From the NCBI GenBank assembly GCA_963823035.1, contig CAWGKG010000018.1, positions 32,001 to 96,000 on the forward strand: DNA of 64,000 nucleotides, read 5' to 3'. Both the position numbers and the translations under genes were made by a program. Below, one piece after another: positions 42,586-52,159 of the stretch (position 1 is the stretch's first letter; every line of letters starts with the position of its first letter). A model generated the notes under the pieces. That model searched no databases, was not told where the DNA came from, and saw only the letters and a list, made by a program, of their open reading frames with translations. This stretch comes from an uncultured Gemmatimonadales bacterium. GTDB taxonomy: Bacteria; Gemmatimonadota; Gemmatimonadetes; Longimicrobiales; Gaopeijiaceae.

Positions 42586-44115
42586 TTAGAGACCGGAGTC
42601 GTCGTTCAGGGGACCTCGCCCGGGGCGGAGTGGCTGCCCGACGGCGGCCTCGAGACGGATCAGGTTCCAGTGGAAGTCGTACACCGCGTTCAGGTACGCC
42701 TGGTCGGCGGTGGTGGCGGTGGTCTGCGCATCGAGGAGCTCCAGGAGCCCGACGGCGCCCAGCGCGTAGCGTCGCTGCTGCATCAGGAGCTGCTCGTCGG
42801 CCAGGCTGCGGTTGCGCTCCTCGAGCTGCTGGACCTCGTAGGCCGCCGTGAGGTTGTCGAAGGCCTGCGTGACGGCCGTGCGCAGGCGTAGCTCCTCGGC
42901 GCGGCGGGCGTACTTGGCGTCCTCGGCGGCGTTGTTCGCCTCGGAGAGCTGACGCTGGCGGTTGAAGCCCGTGAAGACGGGGATCGACACCGCGAACGTC
43001 ACCTGGATGGGCCGCTTCGTGAAGTTGAAGGGGAACGCGTTGTTGGCGGCGAGGTACTGCTGGCCCAACGCGTCCGTGTACGCGAACCGGGTGCAGTCCC
43101 CGATGGGAGCACCCGACGAGAGGGGATAGGCGGGAATCGCCGCGGCGATGGCGTTGTTGCGCTGACAGGTCAGGACGTCGCTGGCAGCCGACCCCTGCGC
43201 GTTGCCGACGACGAAGCCACGGTTCGTGGCCTCCTGCGTCGTCCCCTGGAGCGCCGTGGTCAGCGAGAACGACGGGAAGTACGAGCTCGCGGCCTGCTTG
43301 GCCGTGGCGCTCGCCGCGCGCTCCTGCGCCTGGAACGCCCGCAGCGACGGATGCGCGTCCAGCGCCATGCCGATGAGCTGGCCCCGCTCCCAAGTCGGCT
43401 CGAAGACCGTGAACTCGCTCGCGAGCTCCGTGTGCTCGTCCAGCGTGACGCCGAGCTGCTCCGCGAGGAGCGCGCGCGCCTCGCGGTATTGGCGGCGCGC
43501 CTGGATGAGACCGACCTCGGCCCGTCCCAGGTCGACCTCGGCCTGCTTCCCGTCCGTTCCGGCTGCGGCGCCCGACCCGACGCGCATGTCCACGATGCGC
43601 CGGTTCTGCTGCGCGCGGTCGACCTGGCGCTGGGCCACGTCGACACCGTCCTGTGCGCGCAGCACGGCCATGTACTGGAGCGTCACCTGCGACTCGAGGT
43701 CGAACTCCGCCGCCGTGATCCTCGCGTCGACGGCCTTCTGGTTCGCCCGCGCGGCGGGGATGCCGAAGATGGTGTTGCCGTCGAGCCGCCACGTGGCGTT
43801 GAGGCTGTAGTAGGACTGGTACCAGTCGGTCCCCGAATTCCCCAGGTCGACCGTCCCGAACCTCTGCGTCCCGTCCTGCACCCACGTATAGCCGGAGTTC
43901 GCGGTCGCCGTCGGGAGGAACGCCGAATACGCCTCGCGCGCCCGCCAATCGGCAGCCGCGCGGTCGTTCTTCGTGCTCTGGTACGTGGGGTTGTAGTCCT
44001 GGGCCAAACGGATCGCGTCCTCGAGCGTGAGGCGCTGGGGAACGTCCTGGCCGACCAGCGTCGTCGCCGCCAGCGCCAGCAGCACCAGTGCGGCAGCGAG
44101 CACGCGTACCAGCAT
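42586..44115 (-). CDS. TolC-family outer membrane protein
   Basis: Signal peptide; LTLEDAIRLA; two OEP repeats; RYALG..LELLDAQ. Confidence 0.92.
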   Translation of the reverse strand: MLVRVLAAALVLLALAATTLVGQDVPQRLTLEDAIRLAQDYNPTYQSTKNDRAAADWRAREAYSAFLPTATANSGYTWVQDGTQRFGTVDLGNSGTDWYQSYYSLNATWRLDGNTIFGIPAARANQKAVDARITAAEFDLESQVTLQYMAVLRAQDGVDVAQRQVDRAQQNRRIVDMRVGSGAAAGTDGKQAEVDLGRAEVGLIQARRQYREARALLAEQLGVTLDEHTELASEFTVFEPTWERGQLIGMALDAHPSLRAFQAQERAASATAKQAASSYFPSFSLTTALQGTTQEATNRGFVVGNAQGSAASDVLTCQRNNAIAAAIPAYPLSSGAPIGDCTRFAYTDALGQQYLAANNAFPFNFTKRPIQVTFAVSIPVFTGFNRQRQLSEANNAAEDAKYARRAEELRLRTAVTQAFDNLTAAYEVQQLEERNRSLADEQLLMQQRRYALGAVGLLELLDAQTTATTADQAYLNAVYDFHWNLIRLEAAVGQPLRPGRGPLNDDSGL

Positions 44116-44312
44116 CGCGTCCCGGACCCGGGCCCTCGTATCGTCGTCGTCTTCACGCCATCATCCCGGTTTCTATCGATGGATCCTGCGGAAGGTCGTG
44201 CGAGCGGTACGTCCGACCGGAGCCGGCGGGCTGATCACCGACCCGTCCCCACTCCCCACATCATCCCTCCGGCCGGACGAGATTCCGCTCGTCGTCGTGC
44301 ATCCTTCCTATA

Positions 44313-44328
44313 TGGAAGGGTCATGCCA
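44313..44328 (-). promoter_or_regulatory. Possible sigma54 (-24/-12) promoter of the tolC-ABC operon
   Basis: TGGCATG-ACCC-TTCCA versus consensus TGGCACG-N4-TTGC; the -13 G is missing. Confidence 0.35.
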
Positions 44329-44514
44329 GGATTTCGCAAGACACGTAAGCGGTATCACAATAACGTGTCTACGTATCTTCGTATGAAGTTGTTTCACGAG
44401 GTCCCGCGTACCGTCTCCGGGAAGCCGCGTCCCAATTCCGGACAGTCCACGCTTCCAACACGGTCCCCTACGAGAAGAAGGGCGCTCGGGTTCCGCCGGT
44501 GCTTCCCGGGCCCC

Positions 44515-44976
44515 TCAGCCCAGGAGACGGCGGTGGTAGTCCACCTGCCCGAGGTGCCAGCCGAGGTGCGCGGCGAGGTGCAGGAGGAAGAGGTGGGTGG
44601 GGGTGCCCTCATCGTAGATGGGAGGCAGCCGCCCCGGGTAGGGCGCAAAGACGGCCTCGTCGTCGAGCGCGGCGAGCGCGGCGCCCACCACCTCCCTGCA
44701 GTGCGCGATCCGGTCCAGGATCTCGGCGCGCGGCACGTCCCGGTCGCCGAACTCGGCCTCGCGGTCGCGGACGTACCCGGTTCCGCCCAGGACGGCGCCC
44801 ACGAAGTGCTCCATGTTGCCGACCAGGTGCAGCGCGAGCGTCCCGGCCGAGTTCTTGATGCTCCCCCCGAGGCGCCAGATCCCCGCCTCCTCGGCGTAGC
44901 GCTCGAGCTGCGTGGCCAGTGCCGCCAGATCCCGGTCGTACATGCGGGCGAAGTCCCCCGCGATGGTGCCGCTCAT
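44515..44976 (-). CDS. DinB/YfiT-family protein
   Basis: NSAGTLALHLVGN, YVRDREAEF, HLAAHLGWHLGQ. Confidence 0.85.
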   Translation of the reverse strand: MSGTIAGDFARMYDRDLAALATQLERYAEEAGIWRLGGSIKNSAGTLALHLVGNMEHFVGAVLGGTGYVRDREAEFGDRDVPRAEILDRIAHCREVVGAALAALDDEAVFAPYPGRLPPIYDEGTPTHLFLLHLAAHLGWHLGQVDYHRRLLG

Positions 44977-46790
44977 CGTTTGCCCTCCTTCCAGATGGCG
45001 CGGAAGCGCCTGGCCTCGTCGGAGGCGGCGGCGTCCAGCGACCCCGCGAGCCTCTCGTCCTGCACGAGCTTCACGTTGGCGCGGTGCTCCTCGCCCCGGC
45101 TGATCCAGCGCACCTCGACGCTCGCCCCGGGACGCCGTCCTTCGAGCGCAGCGGCGACGTCGTCGGGGCGCCGTACCTTCTTCCCGCCGACCGACACGAG
45201 GATGTCGTCGCGGTCGACTCCCGCCTCGTAGAGCGGCGTGTCGATCAGCGTGGGTCCACGCACCACGACGCCGTCCTCCCCGGGCGCCAGGCCGGCGGGC
45301 CCGAGCGACGCCCGCCCGGGCTCGGCAGGGGCGAAGCGGATCCCTGCGGCGGCGAGAAGGGCGGCATAGTCGACCACGTCCCTCCCCCGCACGTAGCGAT
45401 CGAAGAAGTCGCGCGCGAAGCCCGCGTCCGCGGTGACGTGCGCGAGCGCCGCCTCGATGTCCTCGACCCGGTAGGGGATCTCGGGCGAGCCGTGGGAGCG
45501 CCACATCTCGCGCATGAGGTCGTCCAACGTCACGCCGGGGAAGCGCGTGCGCAGCGTCAGGTCCAGCCCCAGCCCGATCCCTTCGCCCCACGTGTAGTAC
45601 GAGAGGAAGGTGTTCGCGAAGTTCGTCTCGTCCACGGAGACCGCCGCGTCCACGAAGGGCGCCTGCATGCTCATCTCGACCGGCGAGCGGTAGCGACGGC
45701 CGCGCGCGTTGACGACCGCGTTGGCCGAGCCGCCCACGGAGGCCGCGAAGCGCGCGTCGTCGGCGACGCCGGCCCGCCAGAGGGAGAGGTCCGTGTAGTA
45801 GCTCGTGAAGCCCTCCCCGAACCAGAGCTCACGGGACATGTCTGCGTGCTCGAAGTCGAAGGGCTCGAGCTCCGCGGAGCGGATGCGCTCCATGTTCCAC
45901 GAGTGGAAGTACTCGTGCGCCACCGTGCCGAGCAGCCGCTGCGGACCCGCCTCCAGCGAGCCCGTGCTGGTGAGCACCGTCGAGTTCCGGTGCTCCATGC
46001 CGTCGCCGTCCGCCCAGGGGAGGTAGCACGCGAGGAAGGTGTACGTGCCGTGGTCGTAGCGCGGGAAGGTGCCGTACACGCGCATCTCCGCCTGCACGAT
46101 CTCGCGGGCACCCCGCGCGTACGCCTCGGCCTGCGCCTCCGTGCCGCTGTGGTGCAGCGCGATGCGGATCGTCTCCGGTCCATCCGGTCCCTGCACCTCC
46201 CAAGAGTCCTCCCAGAAGTCGGAAACCTCGGTGGGGCTGTCCATGAAGTAGTCGAGGTTCGGCGCGGTGAAGCGGTACGGATCGTCCGTCGGGGCGAGCT
46301 GCGTCGCGACGCGCCATCCGCTCCCCTCGGGCACGCGCACGGTGAGCTCCATGGGCCGCGCCCGCAGGCCGCGCGCCCACAGGAAGGTCGCGGGCATGCT
46401 CAGGTGGCCGTGCGTGAGGTCGATCCCGGTGTAGGTCCCGTCCGCGTGGTCGCCGTAGAGGGTGTACGTGACGTGCACCTCGCCGCCGTGGTCCGAGACG
46501 TCCCACTCGTGGAGGTTGGGACGCTCCACCCGCACGGGACGCCCGCCCACCCCGGTGATCCGGACGTCGTAGACGTTCTTCGCGAACTCGTGGAGGGCGT
46601 ACCTCCCCGGGGACGTCCGGCTCATCCGCAGCTCGAGCGTGCCGGGGTTGAGGTCGGGGAACACCACGGTGACCTGTGCCTCGTGGTGCACCGCGTTGGG
46701 GAAGGAGATCTCGTAACGGATCGGCGCCTGGGCGGCGCCGGGGATGGCCGTCGTGAGGAGGAGGGCGGCCGCGAGTGTGGTGACACGCAT
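44973..46790 (-). CDS. M61 family metallopeptidase with PDZ domain, exported
   Basis: Signal peptide; GMEHRNST, HEYFHSWN, LWFGEGFTSYY; C-terminal PDZ. Confidence 0.92.
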   Translation of the reverse strand: MRVTTLAAALLLTTAIPGAAQAPIRYEISFPNAVHHEAQVTVVFPDLNPGTLELRMSRTSPGRYALHEFAKNVYDVRITGVGGRPVRVERPNLHEWDVSDHGGEVHVTYTLYGDHADGTYTGIDLTHGHLSMPATFLWARGLRARPMELTVRVPEGSGWRVATQLAPTDDPYRFTAPNLDYFMDSPTEVSDFWEDSWEVQGPDGPETIRIALHHSGTEAQAEAYARGAREIVQAEMRVYGTFPRYDHGTYTFLACYLPWADGDGMEHRNSTVLTSTGSLEAGPQRLLGTVAHEYFHSWNMERIRSAELEPFDFEHADMSRELWFGEGFTSYYTDLSLWRAGVADDARFAASVGGSANAVVNARGRRYRSPVEMSMQAPFVDAAVSVDETNFANTFLSYYTWGEGIGLGLDLTLRTRFPGVTLDDLMREMWRSHGSPEIPYRVEDIEAALAHVTADAGFARDFFDRYVRGRDVVDYAALLAAAGIRFAPAEPGRASLGPAGLAPGEDGVVVRGPTLIDTPLYEAGVDRDDILVSVGGKKVRRPDDVAAALEGRRPGASVEVRWISRGEEHRANVKLVQDERLAGSLDAAASDEARRFRAIWKEGKR

Positions 46791-46976
46791 GGATCGCGAT
46801 TCCGGAGGGTTGGCAGGGCGCGCCAAGATACCCAGCGCCGCGGCGCCTCGCCAAGTCGTCGTCCGACGCGCGCAGGGAGATCGGGTACCCGCCCCCGGCG
46901 GCTCCGGCTATCTTTGCCGCGCGCCCGTCAGCCGTCCCGCTCCCCGGGCCGGCCGCGCCCACGAAGCCTCACACGG

Positions 46977-47925
46977 ATGACCGCCAACCCCGACCATCTG
47001 CGCGCGCTGGAGCCGCACCTCGACCCGGCACGCATCGAGCGGGACGTCCCGCTGGCCCCGCTCACCACGTTCCGGATCGGCGGCCCAGCCGACCTGCTCT
47101 ACCGCGCCCGCACGCCCGACGAGTTGGCCGTGGCCGTCCAGGCTGCGCGCGACGGCGGTGTGCCGTACGTCCTCCTGGGGCGGGGCGCGAACATCCTGGT
47201 CGCGGATCGGGGCGTGCGCGGGCTGGTGGTGCGGAGCGAGGTGGGCGGCGTGGACTTCCTGGACGACGAGCGGGTGCGCGCGGGCGCCGGCGTCGAGACG
47301 TTCCCGGACCTCATCGACGCCACCGTCGCGCGCGGTCTGGGAGGACTGCACCACTACGTGGGCATCCCGAGCACGGTGGGCGGTGCGATCTGGCAGAACC
47401 TGCACTTCCTCTCCCCCGCCCCCGAACGCGAGCGGACGATGTACATCGAGGAGGTGCTCGAGTCCGCCGAGCTGCTCACGGAGGAGGGTGAACGGCGTAC
47501 CGTCGGCGTGGAGTACTTCGCCTTCGGGTACGACGAGAGCGTCCTGCACCACCGCGCCGACGTGGTACTGTCGGCGACGTTCCGCCTCCGTCCGCGCGCC
47601 GGTGGAGGACCTCCGCCGGGTGATCCGGGAGAACCTGATGTGGCGGGACGACCGGCATCCGGACCTCTGGCTGTACCCCTCGGCCGGGTCGATCTTCCGC
47701 AAGATCGACGGCGTCGGCGCCGGCCGTCTCATCGACGAGTGCGGCCTCAAGGGCCACCTGCACGGCGGCGCCGGCATCTTCCACAAGCACGCCAACATCA
47801 TCGTGAACCTGGGGGGCGCCACCGCGGGCGACGTGCGCGCGTTGATCGATCTCGCGAGGACGACGGTGGCGCGCGAGACCGGCTACGACCTCGTCCCCGA
47901 GATCGGCTTCGTGGGGGAGTTCTGA
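46977..47925 (+). CDS. murB: UDP-N-acetylmuramate dehydrogenase (frameshift near 47590)
   Basis: TTFRIGGPAD, LGRGANIL, GIPSTVGGA, PSAGSIF, KHANIIVN. Confidence 0.88.
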
Positions 47926-47985
47926 GGGTGGGCGACTACGTGGCGCTGGCGGGCGACGACTGAAGGGTCTCCCGGCCGCGCCGGG

Positions 47986-48675
47986 TCAGGGCGCCCCGCC
48001 GAAGCGCGCCACGAGCGCGGCCAGAGTCTCCGCATCGATCTCGTGCCCTCCCTCGTAGTCCAGCCGCCCCGGCCGCATCCCCGCCCGGCCGAGGGCATCC
48101 TCCTCCGTCCGCGCCCGGCCCGGATCGGCCAGGGCCGGGTCGTCGGAGCCGCGGACGAGGACCACCTCCGTCGCGGCCCACGCCGCACGCGCCCGATCGA
48201 GGTCGAGATCCGGCGGGAGGAAGTCGCCCCAGAGCACCAACCGCGCCGTTCGCTCGGACCCGAGGACGCTCCAACGGGCCGCCGTGGCGACACCCTGCGA
48301 GAAGCCCAGCACCGTGCAGGGCACCCCCTGCCCGAGTCGAGCGCGCAGACGTGCCACCACCCGGTCGAGGTAGGCGACGTAGTCGTCGATCTCCCGCTCG
48401 CGGTCCTCCCGCGTCATCCACGTCGCTCCGACCACCGAGCCCGGCCCGTGGCGGCGTGTGCCGTCGGAGGGATAGAAGCGCGAGAGCGCCTCGGGGGCCA
48501 CGATCCACCGCGTGCCGTCGTCGAGCGCCCCGAAGCGGCTCAGGAAGCGCCGGGCGAGCTGTCCGTAGCCGTGCAGGACGAGCCACACCTCGCGCGGATC
48601 GGAAACGCCCTCGCCGAGCACCCAGTAGCGGGCGGTGCGCGCGACCTCGATGTGGTGCTCGACGGGCTCGCTCAC
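47986..48675 (-). CDS. Alpha/beta hydrolase (phospholipase/carboxylesterase)
   Basis: LHGYGQ, GFSQG, YEGGH. Confidence 0.88.
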   Translation of the reverse strand: MSEPVEHHIEVARTARYWVLGEGVSDPREVWLVLHGYGQLARRFLSRFGALDDGTRWIVAPEALSRFYPSDGTRRHGPGSVVGATWMTREDREREIDDYVAYLDRVVARLRARLGQGVPCTVLGFSQGVATAARWSVLGSERTARLVLWGDFLPPDLDLDRARAAWAATEVVLVRGSDDPALADPGRARTEEDALGRAGMRPGRLDYEGGHEIDAETLAALVARFGGAP

Positions 48676-49220
48676 CCCGCCGCCTCGGCGTCCGCGAGGA
48701 GGGGGAGCGCGCGGTCGCGCTCCGAGACGATCGGATCGACGATCGGCCAGGGGATGGCGAGGTCGGGATCGTTCCAGCGCACCCCGGCATCGAGCTCGGG
48801 GTCGTACTCCTCGGTGACGCGGTACGCCACGTCCGCGCCGGAGCCCAACACCACGTAGCCGTGCGCGAACCCTGGCGGGATCCAGAGGAGGTCGCCCTGG
48901 TCGGCCGAGAGCTCCTGGGCCACCCAGGTCCCCTGCGTCGCGGAGCCCTCCCTGAGGTCCACCGCCACGTCGAAGACGCGTCCGCGGGTCACCTGGACGA
49001 GCTTGCCCTGCGCCCGTGGAGGCCGCTGGTAGTGGAGGCCGCGCAGGACGCCTGCGCCCGACCGGGCGAGGTTGTCCTGGACGAAGCGCACGTCGATGCC
49101 GGCCGTGGCGTAGACGCTCCGGCGGTAGAGCTCCGCGAAATGGCCGCGGGGGTCGCGGTGCCGGAGTGGGCGCACCAGCACGACGTCCGGAATCTCGAGC
49201 GGGTGGAACGTGGAGGACAT
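48672..49220 (-). CDS. rfbC: dTDP-4-dehydrorhamnose 3,5-epimerase
   Basis: DPRGHF, FVQDN, GVLRGLHYQ, DVAVDLR, GFAHG, SERD. Confidence 0.95.
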   Translation of the reverse strand: MSSTFHPLEIPDVVLVRPLRHRDPRGHFAELYRRSVYATAGIDVRFVQDNLARSGAGVLRGLHYQRPPRAQGKLVQVTRGRVFDVAVDLREGSATQGTWVAQELSADQGDLLWIPPGFAHGYVVLGSGADVAYRVTEEYDPELDAGVRWNDPDLAIPWPIVDPIVSERDRALPLLADAEAAG

Positions 49221-49331
49221 CCGCGGAAGCTGGCCCGCCCGCGCCCGCGCTGCAACGCCCTTCGTCGCCGTCGGGAAGAGCACGACGGGGAGCGGGAAGA
49301 GCGGAAGGCGGTGGCGACGCGCCGCGTCCAT
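49221..49331 (-). pseudogene. Remnant of a LON substrate-binding-domain gene, in frame with rfbC
   Basis: Strong SD GAGGAGG, then MDAARRHRLPLFPLPVVLFP, then unrelated sequence. Confidence 0.5.
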
Positions 49332-49345
49332 GGGCGGCCTCCTCC

Positions 49346-50794
49346 TCAGGTCGCCGCGTCGGGGACGGCCGGAGGCACGGCGCCGTGGTCCTCGTCCATG
49401 ACGACGCGACGCAGATCGCGCCCGAAGCGCGCGCGTACCCGTGCCAGGAGCAGGAGCGCGACGGCGCCGATGCCGCACGCGAGACCGAGCCAGACGCCGC
49501 GCGGGCCGAGGTCGAGCTCGAAGCCGAGCGCGAAGCTGACGGGCAGCCCGATACCCCAGAACCCGAGCAGGTTGAGGAGCATGGGGAGGCGGGTGTCGCC
49601 GACGCCGCGCAGGACGCCCGACGACACGACCTGAATGCCGTCGAAGACCTGGAAGATCCCGGCGATCGGGATGAGCGCGGCCGCCACCCCGACGACCGCG
49701 GCGTCGTCGGAGTACAGCCGGGCGAGCCCCTCGGGGGCGGCCAGGAAGAGGGCCGCCGCGCAGGCCATGAAGCCGGCCCCGGCGACCAGCCCCGCGCCCG
49801 CCGCCCGGCGCGCGCCCGGCGGATCGGCCCGACCGACCGCGTGGCCGACGAGCACCGCGGACGCCTGGGCGGCGCCGACCGAGACCATGAACGTGAGGGA
49901 GGCGAGGTTGAGCGCGACCTGGTGGCTCGCCATCGGCACCGTGCCCATCCACCCCATCAGGAGGCCCGCGGCGCCGAAGACACCGAATTCGAGCATCTGC
50001 TGGACGCCGATCGGCGCGCCGAGACGGAGGAAACGCAGCAGGGGCGCCCTTGCGATCGCGTCGCGGCGAAGGGGGCGCACCGAGCCACGCAGGAGGGGCC
50101 AGCCGAGCCCCACCAGGCACAGGGTCATGAACGTTCGGCTCAGGCTGGTCGCCCACCCCGACCCGACCGCACCGAGCGCGGGCGCGCCCAGGTTCCCGTA
50201 GATGAACACCCAGTTGAAGAAGGCGTTCGCCACGTTCGCGGCCACCACCGTGACGAGGATCGGACGCATCCGGTGCATCGCCTGGAGGCCCTGCCGGAAG
50301 ACGTTGAAGAGGTAGAAGGGGAGCACGCCCGGGATGCACGCCCGCGCGTAGCCCGCCGCGACCGGCACCACATCGTCCGGTTGGCCGAGCGCGGCGAGGA
50401 CGGCGCCTGCCGGGAGGAGGAGAAGCGCCGCCAGGACGCTCAGGACGACCGCGAGGACGGCGCCGCGCTGCACGCCACGGGCCACGCCGACGGGGTCGTC
50501 CGCGCCGACCGCCTGGGAGATCACGGGATCCAGCGCGAAGAGCACGCCCATCCCGAAAACCGCGACCCCGAAGAAATAGAGGTTTCCGAGCGCGACCGCC
50601 GCCAGGTCCGTCGGCGAGACGCGCCCGACCATGATCGTGTCCACGGTGCCCATGAGCATCATGGTCACCTGGACGATCGCCACCGGGAGCGCCAGCCGCA
50701 CGAGCGCGCGCACGTCGCTGCGTCGGGGCGCGAAGCTCCTCACCGAGCCGGGCCGCGGACCTCCCGCGGGCGGGGGTCCCGCGCCGTGGGTCAC
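49346..50794 (-). CDS. MATE family efflux transporter
   Basis: VDTIMVGR, FIYGNLGAPALG, FQVFDGIQ, GVLRGVGDT; about 12 TMs. Confidence 0.93.
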   Translation of the reverse strand: MTHGAGPPPAGGPRPGSVRSFAPRRSDVRALVRLALPVAIVQVTMMLMGTVDTIMVGRVSPTDLAAVALGNLYFFGVAVFGMGVLFALDPVISQAVGADDPVGVARGVQRGAVLAVVLSVLAALLLLPAGAVLAALGQPDDVVPVAAGYARACIPGVLPFYLFNVFRQGLQAMHRMRPILVTVVAANVANAFFNWVFIYGNLGAPALGAVGSGWATSLSRTFMTLCLVGLGWPLLRGSVRPLRRDAIARAPLLRFLRLGAPIGVQQMLEFGVFGAAGLLMGWMGTVPMASHQVALNLASLTFMVSVGAAQASAVLVGHAVGRADPPGARRAAGAGLVAGAGFMACAAALFLAAPEGLARLYSDDAAVVGVAAALIPIAGIFQVFDGIQVVSSGVLRGVGDTRLPMLLNLLGFWGIGLPVSFALGFELDLGPRGVWLGLACGIGAVALLLLARVRARFGRDLRRVVMDEDHGAVPPAVPDAAT

Positions 50795-51246
50795 TCTTGC
50801 GCGCAACCTTCCGTGCTGCGGGTGTCCGCGATCTCGATGATCCGCCAACCCTGCGCCGTGCGCACCAGGTGGAAGGCGTCGACGCCGCAGTGGCTGTGCG
50901 TGCCGTCCACGTACAGGTCGTAGCGGGCCCACACGGACGCCAGACCCTGGTCCTCCTGTGCCCGCACGTCCCGGATGCGCTCGTCGAGCTCACGTGTCGA
51001 AGCGCGCACACCCGCGAGCCACCGGTCGGCCGCCATGACCTGCGCGACCGGCACCCCGTCCTGGACGGCCGTTGTGATCAGGCGCACGTCCGGGTGGAGG
51101 AGCGCGCCCATCGCGTCGGCGTCTCCGGCCTTCATGGCGCGGAAGAGCGCCTCCACGACGGACGTGGGGGTATCGGCTTCCTGCGCGGCTACGGGGCCGG
51201 CGGCGGCCGCGAGGGCCAGGCTCAGCAACGTCGCGACGATCCTCAC
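50791..51246 (-). CDS. Exported NTF2/SnoaL-like protein
   Basis: Signal peptide; ASVWARY..SHCGVDAFHL..GWRI. Confidence 0.8.
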   Translation of the reverse strand: MRIVATLLSLALAAAAGPVAAQEADTPTSVVEALFRAMKAGDADAMGALLHPDVRLITTAVQDGVPVAQVMAADRWLAGVRASTRELDERIRDVRAQEDQGLASVWARYDLYVDGTHSHCGVDAFHLVRTAQGWRIIEIADTRSTEGCAQE

Positions 51247-51554
51247 GTCTCCTCCTGCGCTCCTGGATGGTCTTCGTCGGGTGGCCGCGCGCCGCCCGAG
51301 GCCAGCGTCCGGCCGCCGCCCCGTTCGCGGCGGATCTCCTCGAGGAGGGCGCGCTCGTCGTCGGGCGGGATCGCGATGTCCGGCTGCGTACCCTCCCGTA
51401 TCGCGAACATCGACAGGAAGGTGCCCGGCATGCCGGCCCAGAAGGCGATGAAGCGGGTGAACCCGTGCTTTCCGCGGCGGCGGAGATCCATGTAGACCAG
51501 GAGCGCCACCACCCACACCACCGCCCCGACGAGCTGTTGGATGAAGTGATCCAT
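51243..51554 (-). CDS. Small membrane protein
   Basis: Two hydrophobic segments; overlaps the next gene start. Confidence 0.65.
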   Translation of the reverse strand: MDHFIQQLVGAVVWVVALLVYMDLRRRGKHGFTRFIAFWAGMPGTFLSMFAIREGTQPDIAIPPDDERALLEEIRRERGGGRTLASGGARPPDEDHPGAQEET

Positions 51555-51649
51555 GTCGTTCCCCGCGGCCCTCCGCCGGCGATCACCATTGCCCCGGCCC
51601 TCCGGGTGCCCGAAGATAGCCGCTCGCGCCCCCGGTTCAATGAGACGCC

Positions 51650-52159
51650 TTGCCCCCGACCTCCTCCCCCGTCGCCCGCATCCAGGCGCTCTGGCGCCGT
51701 CTCTCCCCCCTTCCGGGCGGACGCTGGCTCTTCAACCGCCTCTTCCGCCGGGCGGTCCCCTACACCGGGAGCGTGCATCCCGTGGTCACCGATCTGGAGC
51801 CCGGATACGCCCGTGTCTCGATGCGCGATCGGCGGGCGGTGCGCAACCACCTGAACTCCGTGCACGCGATCGCCCTCGCCAACCTCGGCGAGGTGGCGAG
51901 CGGCCTGGCGATGGTCGGGGCGCTCCCGGCGACCGTGCGCGGCATCGTGGTCGGCATCGAGGTCGCCTACCACAAGAAGGCCCGGGGCACGCTCGTGGCC
52001 GAGTGCCGGTGCGATGTGCCCGAGGTGACGGCGCCCGCCGAGCACCGGGTCGTCGCGCACGTACGGGACGAGGCCGGCGACGAGGTCGCCACCGTCACGG
52101 CGCGCTGGCTGCTCGGCCCCGTCCCCGCGGACGGCGCCGCAGAGGCCACGGCTCCTTGA
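51650..52159 (+). CDS. Hotdog-fold thioesterase (PaaI/DUF4442-like)
   Basis: PYTGSV, NHLNSVHAIAL, YHKKARG. Confidence 0.85.
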   Translation: MPPTSSPVARIQALWRRLSPLPGGRWLFNRLFRRAVPYTGSVHPVVTDLEPGYARVSMRDRRAVRNHLNSVHAIALANLGEVASGLAMVGALPATVRGIVVGIEVAYHKKARGTLVAECRCDVPEVTAPAEHRVVAHVRDEAGDEVATVTARWLLGPVPADGAAEATAP

